Shown piece after piece: positions 28,840 to 38,864 of a DNA stretch of 64,000 nucleotides. This stretch comes from a bacterium (GTDB lineage: Bacteria; Zhuqueibacterota; Zhuqueibacteria; Residuimicrobiales; Krinioviventaceae). Within the stretch, counting starts at the first letter, position 1; each line of letters opens with the position of its first letter. Made by a program: the position numbers and the translations under genes. The stretch covers positions 160,001-224,000 of the forward strand of contig CAXXFV010000015.1 in the NCBI GenBank assembly GCA_963674595.2, given 5' to 3'. A model generated the notes under the pieces. It was not told the DNA's origin, made no database searches, and saw only the letters and a list, made by a program, of their open reading frames with translations.

Positions 28840-30027
28840 TCAAGTGATCCAGTCTTCAGGATTGAGGTTTTTTGTGTTTTTCCAAATTTGAAAATTAAGT
28901 ATCGGGCCTTCCAGTGAACCCGAGTCGCCTACTGTTCCAATTATTTGATTTCTCTGAACATATTGTGATAGTTCAACATTTATTTCCGACAGATGTGTAT
29001 AGACGGTATAATAGCCATTATCATGGCTTATAATTATAATATTGCCGCGTCCTCGCTGCCAAGTAATGGTTTGCACTTGCCCGTCATCAACCGATACAAC
29101 CGGGGAGCCCAAGGGCGCTTTAATTTCAATACCAAGATTCTCTGTTATAGTGTTTAGCACAGGATGCTTTTGGCGGCCAAATCGGGTTACAATTTGTCCT
29201 TTGGTCGGCCATTCCAGACGGCCCTTTAATTGGGCAAATGTGTGGTCTCGCCTGACAATTGTATCGTCAGTTTTTTTGTCCGGCAGCCGTGATGGCTTTG
29301 TAAGCCGGTCCTGTTCATTTTGAACAATAAACTCCCGAATTTTGTTCTGGGTTTCCCGGACTTGCTCCAGATGCTGTTCCAAAAGTTTGGTGTTTTTTAT
29401 AATTTTTTTTAGATTATTTTGTCTTTTGGTTCTACTGGCCTGTAAATTATTATTTTCTCGTTTCGTAGCGATTAAATTTTGTTCTTTTTTCAGGGTTTCG
29501 GAATGAAGCCTGTTTCGATGTTGTGTTAAAAGCTGGTGTTTGTTTTTAAGAGATTCGTAATTCCGACGATCATTTTCAGTGGCAAGCTTTTGGTATTTTA
29601 ACCATACTTTAAATTTTTTTAGTGAGCCGTCGTTAAATAATAACTGATAGTCGTGTAAACGCGTATGCTTGTAATAACTGGTCAACCTTTTGGATATGAT
29701 TTTTTTCAGGGATTCCAGTTCCTGTGAAATTTGCGAAATCTCTTTTTGGTGATTTGATATTTTGGATTGACGGGTTTGCAGGTCCTTTTCAAGTTTGTTT
29801 AAATAGGACCGAGTAATATCAATTTCTTTATCAAGATCATTTATCAAATCAAGAGTTTTTGCTTCATTTTTTTTCGACTTTAAAAGTTCGGTTTCATATT
29901 TTGTGATCTCCTGGCGCAGAGATTCCAGGTCCTGCTTTTGCTGCTCTACTTTGGCGCTTTCTTTACCCTGCACTAAACAAGTAATAAAAAAAATGATATA
30001 AAGTATTTTATGTAAATGATGTATCAT
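28840..30027 (-). CDS. envC: EnvC-like coiled-coil/M23 murein hydrolase activator
   Basis: Signal peptide, long coiled coil, M23 domain with degenerate Zn ligands (NLGIEI; ILNFQI instead of HxH). Confidence 0.85.
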   Translation of the reverse strand: MIHHLHKILYIIFFITCLVQGKESAKVEQQKQDLESLRQEITKYETELLKSKKNEAKTLDLINDLDKEIDITRSYLNKLEKDLQTRQSKISNHQKEISQISQELESLKKIISKRLTSYYKHTRLHDYQLLFNDGSLKKFKVWLKYQKLATENDRRNYESLKNKHQLLTQHRNRLHSETLKKEQNLIATKRENNNLQASRTKRQNNLKKIIKNTKLLEQHLEQVRETQNKIREFIVQNEQDRLTKPSRLPDKKTDDTIVRRDHTFAQLKGRLEWPTKGQIVTRFGRQKHPVLNTITENLGIEIKAPLGSPVVSVDDGQVQTITWQRGRGNIIIISHDNGYYTVYTHLSEINVELSQYVQRNQIIGTVGDSGSLEGPILNFQIWKNTKNLNPEDWIT

Positions 30028-30192
30028 TGCAATTTCTTGGTTATCCTTAGTTAAAGATTATAAATATATTAGTTTGTGCCGACAAAAGCAATAGAATTAA
30101 ACCTTGAAAATGCACAATGTCATTATAATATTTCTTGATTGTGCCAACCTGTTTTCTTAAATTGAATTCAAATTGATTTTAATAAAGCGGGT

Positions 30193-30672
30193 TTGATTGT
30201 GAAAGTTAATTTAATTGACAATATTATTGTTTTTAATAAATTCAGCAAAAAAGATAAAACAATATTACAAAAATTTGTCTTTGCCCGTTCTTTTAAAACG
30301 GATGAAATTATTTACAAGATCGGAACACCGCCTGTAGCTATGTATTTTTTAACATCCGGTTCTGTTGGCCTTTATATGAAGGATGAAAAACAGACGGATC
30401 ACCGGGTACAGTATATCCCCCCTTATCAATTTTTTGGATATTCCGCACTGATTTCTGATGATTTACGTCGGGTGACGGCCAGGGCTTTGGAACCCTGTGA
30501 AACGATTTTGTTGTTACGTTCCGATTATTTACAAATAGTCAACGAATACCCCAAACTTGCTTTCAAGTTGTTACCGGAAATAACGGCATTTATACATCAA
30601 CATTTGGTGTCAAGTCAATCTGATTATATGAATTTGACAAACCAATTAGCACAATCCAATATATTGTTTTAG
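30193..30672 (+). CDS. Stand-alone cyclic nucleotide-binding domain protein
   Basis: EIIYKIGTP..AMYFLTSGSV...FFG..AL....RRVTARALE cNMP fold; no HTH. Confidence 0.8.
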   Translation: MIVKVNLIDNIIVFNKFSKKDKTILQKFVFARSFKTDEIIYKIGTPPVAMYFLTSGSVGLYMKDEKQTDHRVQYIPPYQFFGYSALISDDLRRVTARALEPCETILLLRSDYLQIVNEYPKLAFKLLPEITAFIHQHLVSSQSDYMNLTNQLAQSNILF

Positions 30673-30681
30673 ATCAACGCT

Positions 30682-31653
30682 ATGATTTGGAAAAACAAAA
30701 ACAGCCTGCTCATTGCTTTGGTCATTTCGACAATTCTACTCACCTTGACATTTTTCTTTTTTCCAATAATTAAAGTGCTGCTTTTTTGTGCTGTTGCATT
30801 GTCCGTCTTTTCTCCCTTGTACACAATTTTAAAACGAATTCGTTTGGAGTTGGTTTTTCCGGTAATTATTGTAAGCAGTATTATTGGATTGGTATTATTT
30901 GTTGATCCGTCTTTTTCATTAAAAAGTTTATTGAGAGATGTTACCCCGGATGCAGCATTCATAGACGGAAATTCAAATATTTTAATTTTATACGGCTATA
31001 ATATTCAAAATGCCTTTTTAAATTTTTGGAAAATAGCAGCGATAAAACTCATGCCGGATTATATTGATGTGTTGCTGGTATCCATTGTTTTGCTTTTACT
31101 GGTTGTTAAAAGAGGGATTAAAAAACTGGTTTTGATTTATTTACCTAATAAATGGTTTGAATGTTGTGCCCATCTTTTATATAAACTTGGTTATCAAGTT
31201 GGTTTTTTAATTCGATTTCAACTTTTAAAATCTGTTATTATTACAGGCTGCCTTGCCATTGCCTTGTATTTGTTACATATTAACCATCCTGTTGTCGTAT
31301 TATGTTTGATTTTTTTAGCTGCGCTTTCACCTGTATGGGGTTTGTGGCTGGCATTTATTGTTCCTTTATTTTTTATATTGCCTTCTGATAATTATTATTT
31401 TCAAATTGTCGGTTTAATTATCAGTTATGCTTCCATTTGGCTTGTTCAGCATGTTTTGTTTTATATGGTGCTGGAAGAAAAAATTCCAGGTGTTTGCCCG
31501 GTTTCCCTTTTGCTCCTTATTCCTGTTTTTGTTTTATTATTTGGCGCCTCAGGATATTTTATTGCCTTACCTTTACTTGTTTTCTTTTTATTGACATTGA
31601 AAACTCTCGCCGAATCATTTCCTTTGATACACAAAACATCCATAGATTCATAA
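30682..31653 (+). CDS. AI-2E/PerM-like membrane transporter (divergent)
   Basis: Multi-TM protein; LIYLPNKWFE...VGFLIRFQL and C-terminal LFGASGYFIALP resemble the AI-2E pattern. Confidence 0.6.
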   Translation: MIWKNKNSLLIALVISTILLTLTFFFFPIIKVLLFCAVALSVFSPLYTILKRIRLELVFPVIIVSSIIGLVLFVDPSFSLKSLLRDVTPDAAFIDGNSNILILYGYNIQNAFLNFWKIAAIKLMPDYIDVLLVSIVLLLLVVKRGIKKLVLIYLPNKWFECCAHLLYKLGYQVGFLIRFQLLKSVIITGCLAIALYLLHINHPVVVLCLIFLAALSPVWGLWLAFIVPLFFILPSDNYYFQIVGLIISYASIWLVQHVLFYMVLEEKIPGVCPVSLLLLIPVFVLLFGASGYFIALPLLVFFLLTLKTLAESFPLIHKTSIDS

Positions 31654-31736
31654 TATTAAAACAGACATTTCTTGATTATTTTATAATTTTTATTTAACTT
31701 ATACTTTTTAATTTTAACAGAGAAATGTGATTATAA

Positions 31737-32588
31737 ATGATAAATAAACCAAAGAATCCAACGGTTGCTTTTCAGGGTGCCCGATATGCATTTAGTGAAA
31801 TTGCTTCCAAGCAGTTTTTTGGAAACGATGTTTCCAGCATTCCCTGCCGAACTTTTGAAGATGTTTTTGAACAAGTGGAAAGTAAAAATGTAAATTACGG
31901 GGTTGTCCCTGTTGAAAATTCATTAACAGGCAGTATTCATCGTAATATTGATTTGATGCTGGAACATGATTTGAAAATTGTCGGAGAAGTGTTTTTACGT
32001 GTTGAGCAACAACTTATTGTCAATCCGGGAGTAACTCTGGAACAAATCGAGGAGGTCTATTCTCATCCGCAGGCCCTTGAACAGTGCCGCAAGTTTTTAT
32101 CCTCTTTAAATGCAAAGGCTGTTGCCAGTTATGATACGGCCGGCAGTGTAATGATGATTAAAGAGAAAAAACTTGTCAACGCTGCCGCAATAGCCAGTAA
32201 AAAAGCAGCAGATGATTATGGAATGGTGGTATTAAAAGACACTATTGAAGATATTCCTGAAAATTATACACGTTTCCAGGTTTTATCTTGTCAGGATGAA
32301 TATTTAGGTGAACCTACAAAAACCTCTGTGGTTTTTGCGATGAAAAATATTCCCGGCGCTTTATTTAAAGGTTTGAGTGTGTTTGCGCTTCGTGATATTG
32401 ATTTGTTAAAAATTGAATCACGACCCCTCAGAGGTAAGCCCTGGGCTTATATATTTTATCTGGATTTTGCTGGACACATGGGAGAAGAGCGATGTGTAAA
32501 CGCAATTCGTCATTTACAGGAAATTACTTCCATGTTAAAAGTTTTAGGATCATACCCTGCCGGTATGATGAACAATAATAAAAAGTGA
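31737..32588 (+). CDS. pheA: Prephenate dehydratase with ACT domain
   Basis: VAFQG, VPVENS, SHPQAL, NYTRF, IESRP, LGSYP. Confidence 0.95.
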   Translation: MINKPKNPTVAFQGARYAFSEIASKQFFGNDVSSIPCRTFEDVFEQVESKNVNYGVVPVENSLTGSIHRNIDLMLEHDLKIVGEVFLRVEQQLIVNPGVTLEQIEEVYSHPQALEQCRKFLSSLNAKAVASYDTAGSVMMIKEKKLVNAAAIASKKAADDYGMVVLKDTIEDIPENYTRFQVLSCQDEYLGEPTKTSVVFAMKNIPGALFKGLSVFALRDIDLLKIESRPLRGKPWAYIFYLDFAGHMGEERCVNAIRHLQEITSMLKVLGSYPAGMMNNNKK

Positions 32589-32628
32589 ATAAATGATACA
32601 AAAAAAAGTTGAAACTGAAGGAGTTAAA

Positions 32629-33921
32629 ATGAGTAATCAGAATCAGTATAATGGAAATATTGGAATTTTGGTCGGTGGTGGTCCGGCACCGGGTTTGAAT
32701 GGTGTTATTGCTGCCGTTACAATTGCCGCACGTAGTCATAATATTAAAGTGTATGGTATATATGATGGTTATAAATGGCTTGTGCAGGATGACGAAGAAA
32801 AACTGTTGCAGCATGTTAAAGAACTAAACATTTCTGATGTATCCAGAATTCATTTCAATGGCGGGTCCATTTTAAGGACCTCTCGAACAAATCCGGCTAC
32901 CATTGAAAACGGTGTAAAGAACAGTGTTGCTAATTTGAGAAAATTGGGTATTAAATATATGGTCACCATTGGTGGTGATGATACATCCTATGGGGCCAGT
33001 GAGATTGCTAAAGGCGCTGGTGGAGAAATCAAGTTTGCCCATGTTCCCAAAACAATTGATAATGATTTACCGCTGCCAAATAATCTGCCGACATTTGGTT
33101 ATCAAACGGCACGGGACCTGGGTTCAATGCTGGTCAAAAATTTGATGGAAGACGCAAAAACAACCGGAAGATGGTATACAACCGTCGCCATGGGCCGTCA
33201 TGCCGGTCATTTAGCTCTGGGAATTGCAAAATCATCAGGTGCAACATTAAGCATTATTGGTGAAGAGTTTGGTCAAAAGGGCCATATTAACCTGGAAAAT
33301 GTGATTGACATTTTTGAAACATCTATCATTAAACGCCGTGCAATGGGCAATGATCATGGTGTCCTCGTTATTGCTGAAGGTGTTGCCGAACGTTTACGTC
33401 CGCAGGAATTGGAGAAAATTCCTGGTGTTCATATCGAATATGACGGTTTTGGTCATTTGCGTTTGGCTGAAGTTGATTTGGGAAAAATTATTTCTCAAAA
33501 AATCCGGGAACGTTTTTCCGAACGCAACGGTAAAGTTACTCTTGTTGATATCAATTTGGGATACGTTTTGCGATGTACCGACCCGATTCCTTTTGATCAG
33601 GAATATACGAGAGATTTGGGTTATAACGCTGTTCAATATTTGTTAAGCAACAAGCCTGAAAACCAGAGAAACGCAATGATTTGCGTTGTTAACGGATCGT
33701 TAAAACCCCTCTATTTTGAAGATATGATAGATCCTGAAACCAAAAAGACAGCTGTTCGATTTGTCGATACCAGCAGTGATAACTATAAAGTTGCACGCAG
33801 CTATATGGTTCGTTTGGAAGCACGGGATTTTGAAAACAAGGAACTTTTGTCAAAAATGGCAAAAATCGCCAAAATGACAGAAGAAGAGTTTGTTAAACGT
33901 TTTGAATATTTGACAAAGTAA
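32629..33921 (+). CDS. pfp: PPi-dependent phosphofructokinase
   Basis: GGGPAPG, GGDD (Asp, PPi-type), PKTIDND, MGRHAGH; start ATG 32629 after GAAGGAG. Confidence 0.9.
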   Translation: MSNQNQYNGNIGILVGGGPAPGLNGVIAAVTIAARSHNIKVYGIYDGYKWLVQDDEEKLLQHVKELNISDVSRIHFNGGSILRTSRTNPATIENGVKNSVANLRKLGIKYMVTIGGDDTSYGASEIAKGAGGEIKFAHVPKTIDNDLPLPNNLPTFGYQTARDLGSMLVKNLMEDAKTTGRWYTTVAMGRHAGHLALGIAKSSGATLSIIGEEFGQKGHINLENVIDIFETSIIKRRAMGNDHGVLVIAEGVAERLRPQELEKIPGVHIEYDGFGHLRLAEVDLGKIISQKIRERFSERNGKVTLVDINLGYVLRCTDPIPFDQEYTRDLGYNAVQYLLSNKPENQRNAMICVVNGSLKPLYFEDMIDPETKKTAVRFVDTSSDNYKVARSYMVRLEARDFENKELLSKMAKIAKMTEEEFVKRFEYLTK

Positions 33922-33928
33922 TTCAATG

Positions 33929-33953
33929 GCCCGCTGATGCGGGCTTTTTTTTT
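33929..33953 (+). terminator. Intrinsic terminator after pfp
   Basis: GCCCGC-tgat-GCGGGC followed by T9. Confidence 0.9.
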
Positions 33954-34026
33954 GCCCTGCCTGAAATATTTTTCCCCCTGATTATGTTACAACTGTTAAC
34001 AATTTATCATAAACTTTGAGTTTGTT

Positions 34027-34584
34027 ATGGTTTTATTTTTAGTACTTTTTTTAAATGTAATAACTATGGAAGCACAGAATATGGCTCCTGAAAAGACATC
34101 GGTTTTATCATTTTCAGTGAATAATATCGAAAATGAACCTATAGATTTAAATATATATAATGGTAAAGTATTACTGGTTGTGAATGTGGCTAGTAAATGC
34201 GGTTTTACACCGCAATATAAAGCACTGGAGGACATATATAAAAAATACAATTCCCAGGGTTTTGAAATTTTGGCCTTTCCGGCCAATAATTTTTTAAACC
34301 AGGAACCCGGCACAAACGAGGAAATAAAATCGTTTTGTTCAATGGAATATGGTGTTACCTTTCCTCTTTTTGCAAAAATATCTGTTAAAGGTGATGACAT
34401 TCATCCCTTGTATCAATATCTCACGGAAGAACAAACAAATCCGGATTTTGCCGGTAAAATAAAATGGAATTTTACAAAGTTTCTTGTTGACCGGAACGGC
34501 TTTGTTGTAAATCGTTTTGGATCTCGAACCAAACCTGATGATCCTCAGGTTATAAAAGCAATAGAATTTGAATTAAAAAAATAA
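34027..34584 (+). CDS. Cys-type glutathione peroxidase family protein, possible N-terminal signal
   Basis: VNVASKCGFTPQY (Cys codon TGC), FPANNF..QEPG, WNFTKFLVDR. Confidence 0.93.
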   Translation: MVLFLVLFLNVITMEAQNMAPEKTSVLSFSVNNIENEPIDLNIYNGKVLLVVNVASKCGFTPQYKALEDIYKKYNSQGFEILAFPANNFLNQEPGTNEEIKSFCSMEYGVTFPLFAKISVKGDDIHPLYQYLTEEQTNPDFAGKIKWNFTKFLVDRNGFVVNRFGSRTKPDDPQVIKAIEFELKK

Positions 34585-34624
34585 CCCAATCCCTTGGTTT
34601 CCACCAAACTCCTCCGACCAAGAC

Positions 34625-34662
34625 AAGGGCTTTTAGTTAATGACTAAAAGCCCTTTGTTTTT
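34625..34662 (+). terminator. Intrinsic terminator after GPx
   Basis: AAGGGCTTTTAGT-taatg-ACTAAAAGCCCTT followed by TGTTTTT. Confidence 0.85.
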
Positions 34663-34738
34663 ATATATGTTTCTCTTGTGTTTTAAAAAAGAGATTTTTA
34701 TGTTCATATAAATAATTTAATGGAAGCAGGGATTTTAT

Positions 34739-35872
34739 ATGCGATACTTTATTATCATTTTATGTAGTCCGGTTATTTTGTTCTGTCAGGCATCACTTGA
34801 ACAAAAGTTATATCAGGATATATCGGATTATCGTTTACATGATTTTGAAAAGATCGAGGCAGCTTTTATCCTTTCCGGTGATACTACAAAAGCCGATTTG
34901 GAGGAGCACATCCGTTGGTTTAATGACCTGGTGGCCACGTTGCAGAATTATCAGTTTGACACGTTTGATCGTGTTGGTTCTGCGGCCAAGGTTTTTTCTT
35001 ATATCCACACACATTGGTTGATAACTTATCGGGAAAAAGCAACGACATTGGTAGATGTTGTTAATTCAAAAGAATTTAACTGTGTTGCCGGGACAATTTT
35101 ATATAATTTGATCTGCGAAGAAATGGGGTGGGAGACAGAGGCTTTTGAAACACCAACCCATACCTATACAATATTTACTGATTTTAATACCCGGGTTACT
35201 GTGGAAAATACAACGTCCTCCGGATTTAATATTATGAAAAACCTGAGGGCCTATTCACAATATTTATTACAATTTTATCCGGAACAAATGGCTGCGCAGA
35301 TAGGTTTGGACCGTATTTATGCTCATGAAAACTCGAAAGGACGGCAAATTACCAACACCGAATTGCTTGGATTGCTGGCTTATAACAGGGCTTATTTTGC
35401 CAGGGAAAAACAAAATTTTGAACGTGCCTACCATTACGTACAGTTTGCCCAGTTATTTAACCATGATTCCCGTTCTAATGTAAATTTTGAAATTGATTTG
35501 TATTTTAAATGGGGCAAACAACTTTTTGATAAACAAAAATTTAATGACGCATTTGAACTTTATGCGGATGCGTGCGACAGATATTGGGATATTGGTGAGT
35601 TTAAAAAAAATTGCAAGGCGGCATTTTTTAATGAATTAAAAATGGAATGGAACACAAAAAGATGGTCTTCTGTTGAAAAGATGATCCGGGAGATACTTGA
35701 TTTACAAATACTGGAAACGAATGATTATGCGTATCTCGAACGGATTTTATATCAATGGGGGCGTTTATTTTCCCGGGAGCAGGACAAGGAAAAGTTAAAC
35801 AAGGTTTTAATTTTATTAAAAGAAATTAATCCCGATGCCCCTCAGATAGAATCTCTAAAAAAATCAGAATAG
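34739..35872 (+). CDS. Exported transglutaminase-like protein with TPR-like C-terminus
   Basis: FNCVAGTILY / TPTHTY / VENT as a candidate Cys-His-Glu triad; helical repeats downstream; signal peptide. Confidence 0.55.
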   Translation: MRYFIIILCSPVILFCQASLEQKLYQDISDYRLHDFEKIEAAFILSGDTTKADLEEHIRWFNDLVATLQNYQFDTFDRVGSAAKVFSYIHTHWLITYREKATTLVDVVNSKEFNCVAGTILYNLICEEMGWETEAFETPTHTYTIFTDFNTRVTVENTTSSGFNIMKNLRAYSQYLLQFYPEQMAAQIGLDRIYAHENSKGRQITNTELLGLLAYNRAYFAREKQNFERAYHYVQFAQLFNHDSRSNVNFEIDLYFKWGKQLFDKQKFNDAFELYADACDRYWDIGEFKKNCKAAFFNELKMEWNTKRWSSVEKMIREILDLQILETNDYAYLERILYQWGRLFSREQDKEKLNKVLILLKEINPDAPQIESLKKSE

Positions 35873-35880
35873 TTTTAAAC

Positions 35881-37017
35881 TCAATTTTTCCTCATCCAGA
35901 ATCCGGAACCAAACTCGGGTTCTTTAATGTCCATTTCTATTTGAACCAGATTTTTTCCTTCTTTTAAGGGCAATGTTGTTTGAAACAGATCCGGAAGCAA
36001 CCGGCCGAATCCTTCCTGAAAATTTCTTCCCGGATCGTTCCAGCCGCGTGACGGCCCGTCAAATATAAGCTTTTCATTACAGAACAGTTTTAATTTATCC
36101 GTATAGGATAGAAATATTTTTTGTTTAACTGCAGAATCTGATAAAATAGTTGTCTGGCCGATAATTTTTCCTTTTATTAAACCGGGGAATTGTGCTGATA
36201 AATTAATCCGCCCCTGTTTATCAGGCTGAACCGCCTGCCATTTAATTTATATATCATTTTTCGGTGAAAAAGTGAAATCAGGGTCGGTAATAACGGAACT
36301 GATGTTCCATTGTTTTATGGATTTTTGCGGATCAATTTTTGACCATGTGTCTTTGAGAACAGGTTCAACACTGTGCTCAAGTTTTGTGATTTTTAAATTT
36401 TTTATATATGCTGCACCGTAATATTGCCAAAAGCGGATGCCGCCCGAAGAATAGGGAAGATTATAGCTGGTATAAACAGGAGTCGAGTCGTTATTAACGA
36501 ACACATTTATAACATCAGTTCCAATATCCAATCGCCATTTCATCCAATTATTATTGATCATAGAAATTGGCTTTTGAGAAAGGGGCCACAATTTCCAGCA
36601 CGTGTTTGTTTTTCCAAAATGTGCGGATGTTTCAAAATGACGGACTGTTGTTGAATCTCCTCCAACAAACAAACCCAGGTTACAACTGCTTATGCCGTCA
36701 GGCTGAATGTAATAATCAATTCCGACAAATCCGCTACGAATGCTGTCCGGATAAAGCATTTCCACCTCTATGCGGTAATTAGACCATGTAGAGTCGGCAA
36801 CCCAGGGGAGTATAAAATTAGAATCCGGCTGCATTGGTTTTAGGCTGTATACGGTACTGCTGTCCTGCAGCATGGTAAAATTGTTTGGCTTTGTTCGCCA
36901 GTTGTCATTTATTGATTTATCGTCCAAAGCGTCAGAGAACAAGGTGTGTGGGGCTTGTAAACGACAGGAAAAAAATATTATTAGCCAAAATAAAAGAAAA
37001 TATCTTTTTTTGTTCAT
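35881..37017 (-). pseudogene. Lipoprotein with LamG/DUF1080-like beta-sandwich, interrupted by in-frame TAA at 36247-36249
   Basis: MNKKRYFLLFWLIIFFSC lipobox; WSNYRIEVE...SGGIRFW...YIKNLKI. The frame stays open for 121 codons after the TAA (IKWQAVQPDKQGRINL...LPLKEGKN...GFWMRKN*). Confidence 0.7.
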
Positions 37018-37034
37018 TATATTTCCAGTTTTTT

Positions 37035-38702
37035 TTACCAAAAGATAATATAAAGCAAGGCTGTTAAGGCTATAACCGTTCCGCCCATCCAGTAAACTTT
37101 GGGTTCGGGTGTTGTATCAATTTTATGCGCTTCGGGCATTACTACGGGTTTTGCTAATGGTTCACGTTTGTTTATATAAAGCATATATAAAACGACCAGA
37201 ATAAATACAATAGCGACATGATGTAACAATGACCATGAGTTAAAAGAGGCAATGGTGTTTCGAATTCCTCGCGGAAGCAAATTTAAAAGCGGCAGATCAA
37301 ACAAAAACCGTCCAAAACGACAAAATGCATAAAGCGGTAAAGAATAAATCATGGCTCCTTTGGCTGCTTTTGGAGGTACGGTTTTTATTAAAAGTCCGAC
37401 CAGAAACGAAGCGACAATACCGGAGGAGATAAAACCCCAAAATTCCTGCATATACATAAAAACGCCCTGAAAATTGGAAATAATCGGTGCCCAGATACAT
37501 GCCAATACAACGAAAATGGCTGTTCCCAGTCGTCCGACAAACACAAGGTGTTTTTGTGATGCTTGTGGTTTTATAAATTTTTGATAAATATCAATTGTGA
37601 AAATCGTGGAAGCTGAATTTAAACCGGAATTAAACGTACTCATAACCGCACCACATAGCGCTGCAAACATAACTCCCCTTAAATGGGCTGGTAAAATTTT
37701 GCTGATGAGATATGGATAGGCTTTATCTGCGGATGTGATTTCATTACCAAACATTTGAAAAGCCATAATTCCGGGAATGACAATGATGAATGGGATAAAC
37801 AGTTTTATAAGAGCGGCAAACATAATTCCACGCTGACCTTCGGCAAGACTTTTAGCGCCAAGGGTCCGTTGTGTTATAAATTGGTTGCAGCCCCAGTAAT
37901 AAATATGACCGATCCACATACCACCGACAAAAACAGCCAGACTGGGGACATCCGGGTCGTTCCAGGGAAGAACTACGTGCAGTTTTTCTGTGTTTTCCAT
38001 ATAAAAAGATTGAACACCTGATAAAAGGTTCCCGTCACCCAGCAATTTGAAACCAAGAAAAGTTACAATAGCTCCGCCGATAATCAGAGCTGCTCCCTGA
38101 ATTAAATCCGACCATACAACTGCCTTAAGACCGCCATATATGGTATAAACACCGGCAATAATTCCGATTGACCAAATACCGATCATATTTGCCCAGAACT
38201 CGGCATCCTGTGGTGACATGCTCCATTTTCGCATTATAATACCGGGCAGATCAAAGATGGCATTGATGGCGATTGCACCGCTGTATAAAACTGTTGCCAG
38301 TAATGTAAATACATAGGCTATCATAACCAGAACGGACATAATCGTTCGTGTTGTGGCATCGTATCGAAATTCCAGATATTCAGGCATGGTATAAATACCG
38401 GCACGCAAAAACCGGGGCAAAAGCACCCAGGCCACAAAAACCAGCGTAATAGCGGCTGTCCATTCAAAACTTGCAATTGCCAATCCAATGCGTCCAAAAG
38501 CGGAACCGGTCATACCGACAAAATGTTCAGTGGAAATATTGGAAGCTATAAGAGATAAACCGATAAGATACCAGCTTAATTTTCGGCCGGCTAAAAAATA
38601 GTCTTCTGAGGTTTGTTCTTTACGTCCGGCATAAAGGGAAACGATAACAACAATTAACATGAAGCCAAGGAATACGGTCAAATCTATCCATGTGAGGTCC
38701 AT
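37035..38702 (-). CDS. Sodium:solute symporter (SSS, sugar-type)
   Basis: EDYFLAGR, ASNISTEHFVG, TMPEYLEFRY, YGGLKAVVWSD, YYWGCNQFITQR. Confidence 0.95.
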   Translation of the reverse strand: MDLTWIDLTVFLGFMLIVVIVSLYAGRKEQTSEDYFLAGRKLSWYLIGLSLIASNISTEHFVGMTGSAFGRIGLAIASFEWTAAITLVFVAWVLLPRFLRAGIYTMPEYLEFRYDATTRTIMSVLVMIAYVFTLLATVLYSGAIAINAIFDLPGIIMRKWSMSPQDAEFWANMIGIWSIGIIAGVYTIYGGLKAVVWSDLIQGAALIIGGAIVTFLGFKLLGDGNLLSGVQSFYMENTEKLHVVLPWNDPDVPSLAVFVGGMWIGHIYYWGCNQFITQRTLGAKSLAEGQRGIMFAALIKLFIPFIIVIPGIMAFQMFGNEITSADKAYPYLISKILPAHLRGVMFAALCGAVMSTFNSGLNSASTIFTIDIYQKFIKPQASQKHLVFVGRLGTAIFVVLACIWAPIISNFQGVFMYMQEFWGFISSGIVASFLVGLLIKTVPPKAAKGAMIYSLPLYAFCRFGRFLFDLPLLNLLPRGIRNTIASFNSWSLLHHVAIVFILVVLYMLYINKREPLAKPVVMPEAHKIDTTPEPKVYWMGGTVIALTALLYIIFW

Positions 38703-38821
38703 TTGTTTGTCTCCGGTTGGGTGTTCTGAGGATAGTTTTCAGATTGTTAATAATTATTATAAGCTAGAAAAAAAATACTAGTACGCAAGCAGAATTTTAT
38801 TAAGAGGATAGATGGATAGAA

Positions 38822-38859
38822 AAAAATCCCACAGAGAAAGAAATCTCTGTGGGATTTTT
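38822..38859 (-). terminator. Terminator after the large T9SS protein (bidirectional-looking)
   Basis: AAAAATCCCACAGAGA-aagaaa-TCTCTGTGGGATTTTT. Confidence 0.88.
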
Positions 38860-38864
38860 GGGTT

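Noticed and set aside
34198-34200. Possible selenocysteine in the glutathione peroxidase
   Set aside because: The catalytic codon is TGC (Cys), not TGA.
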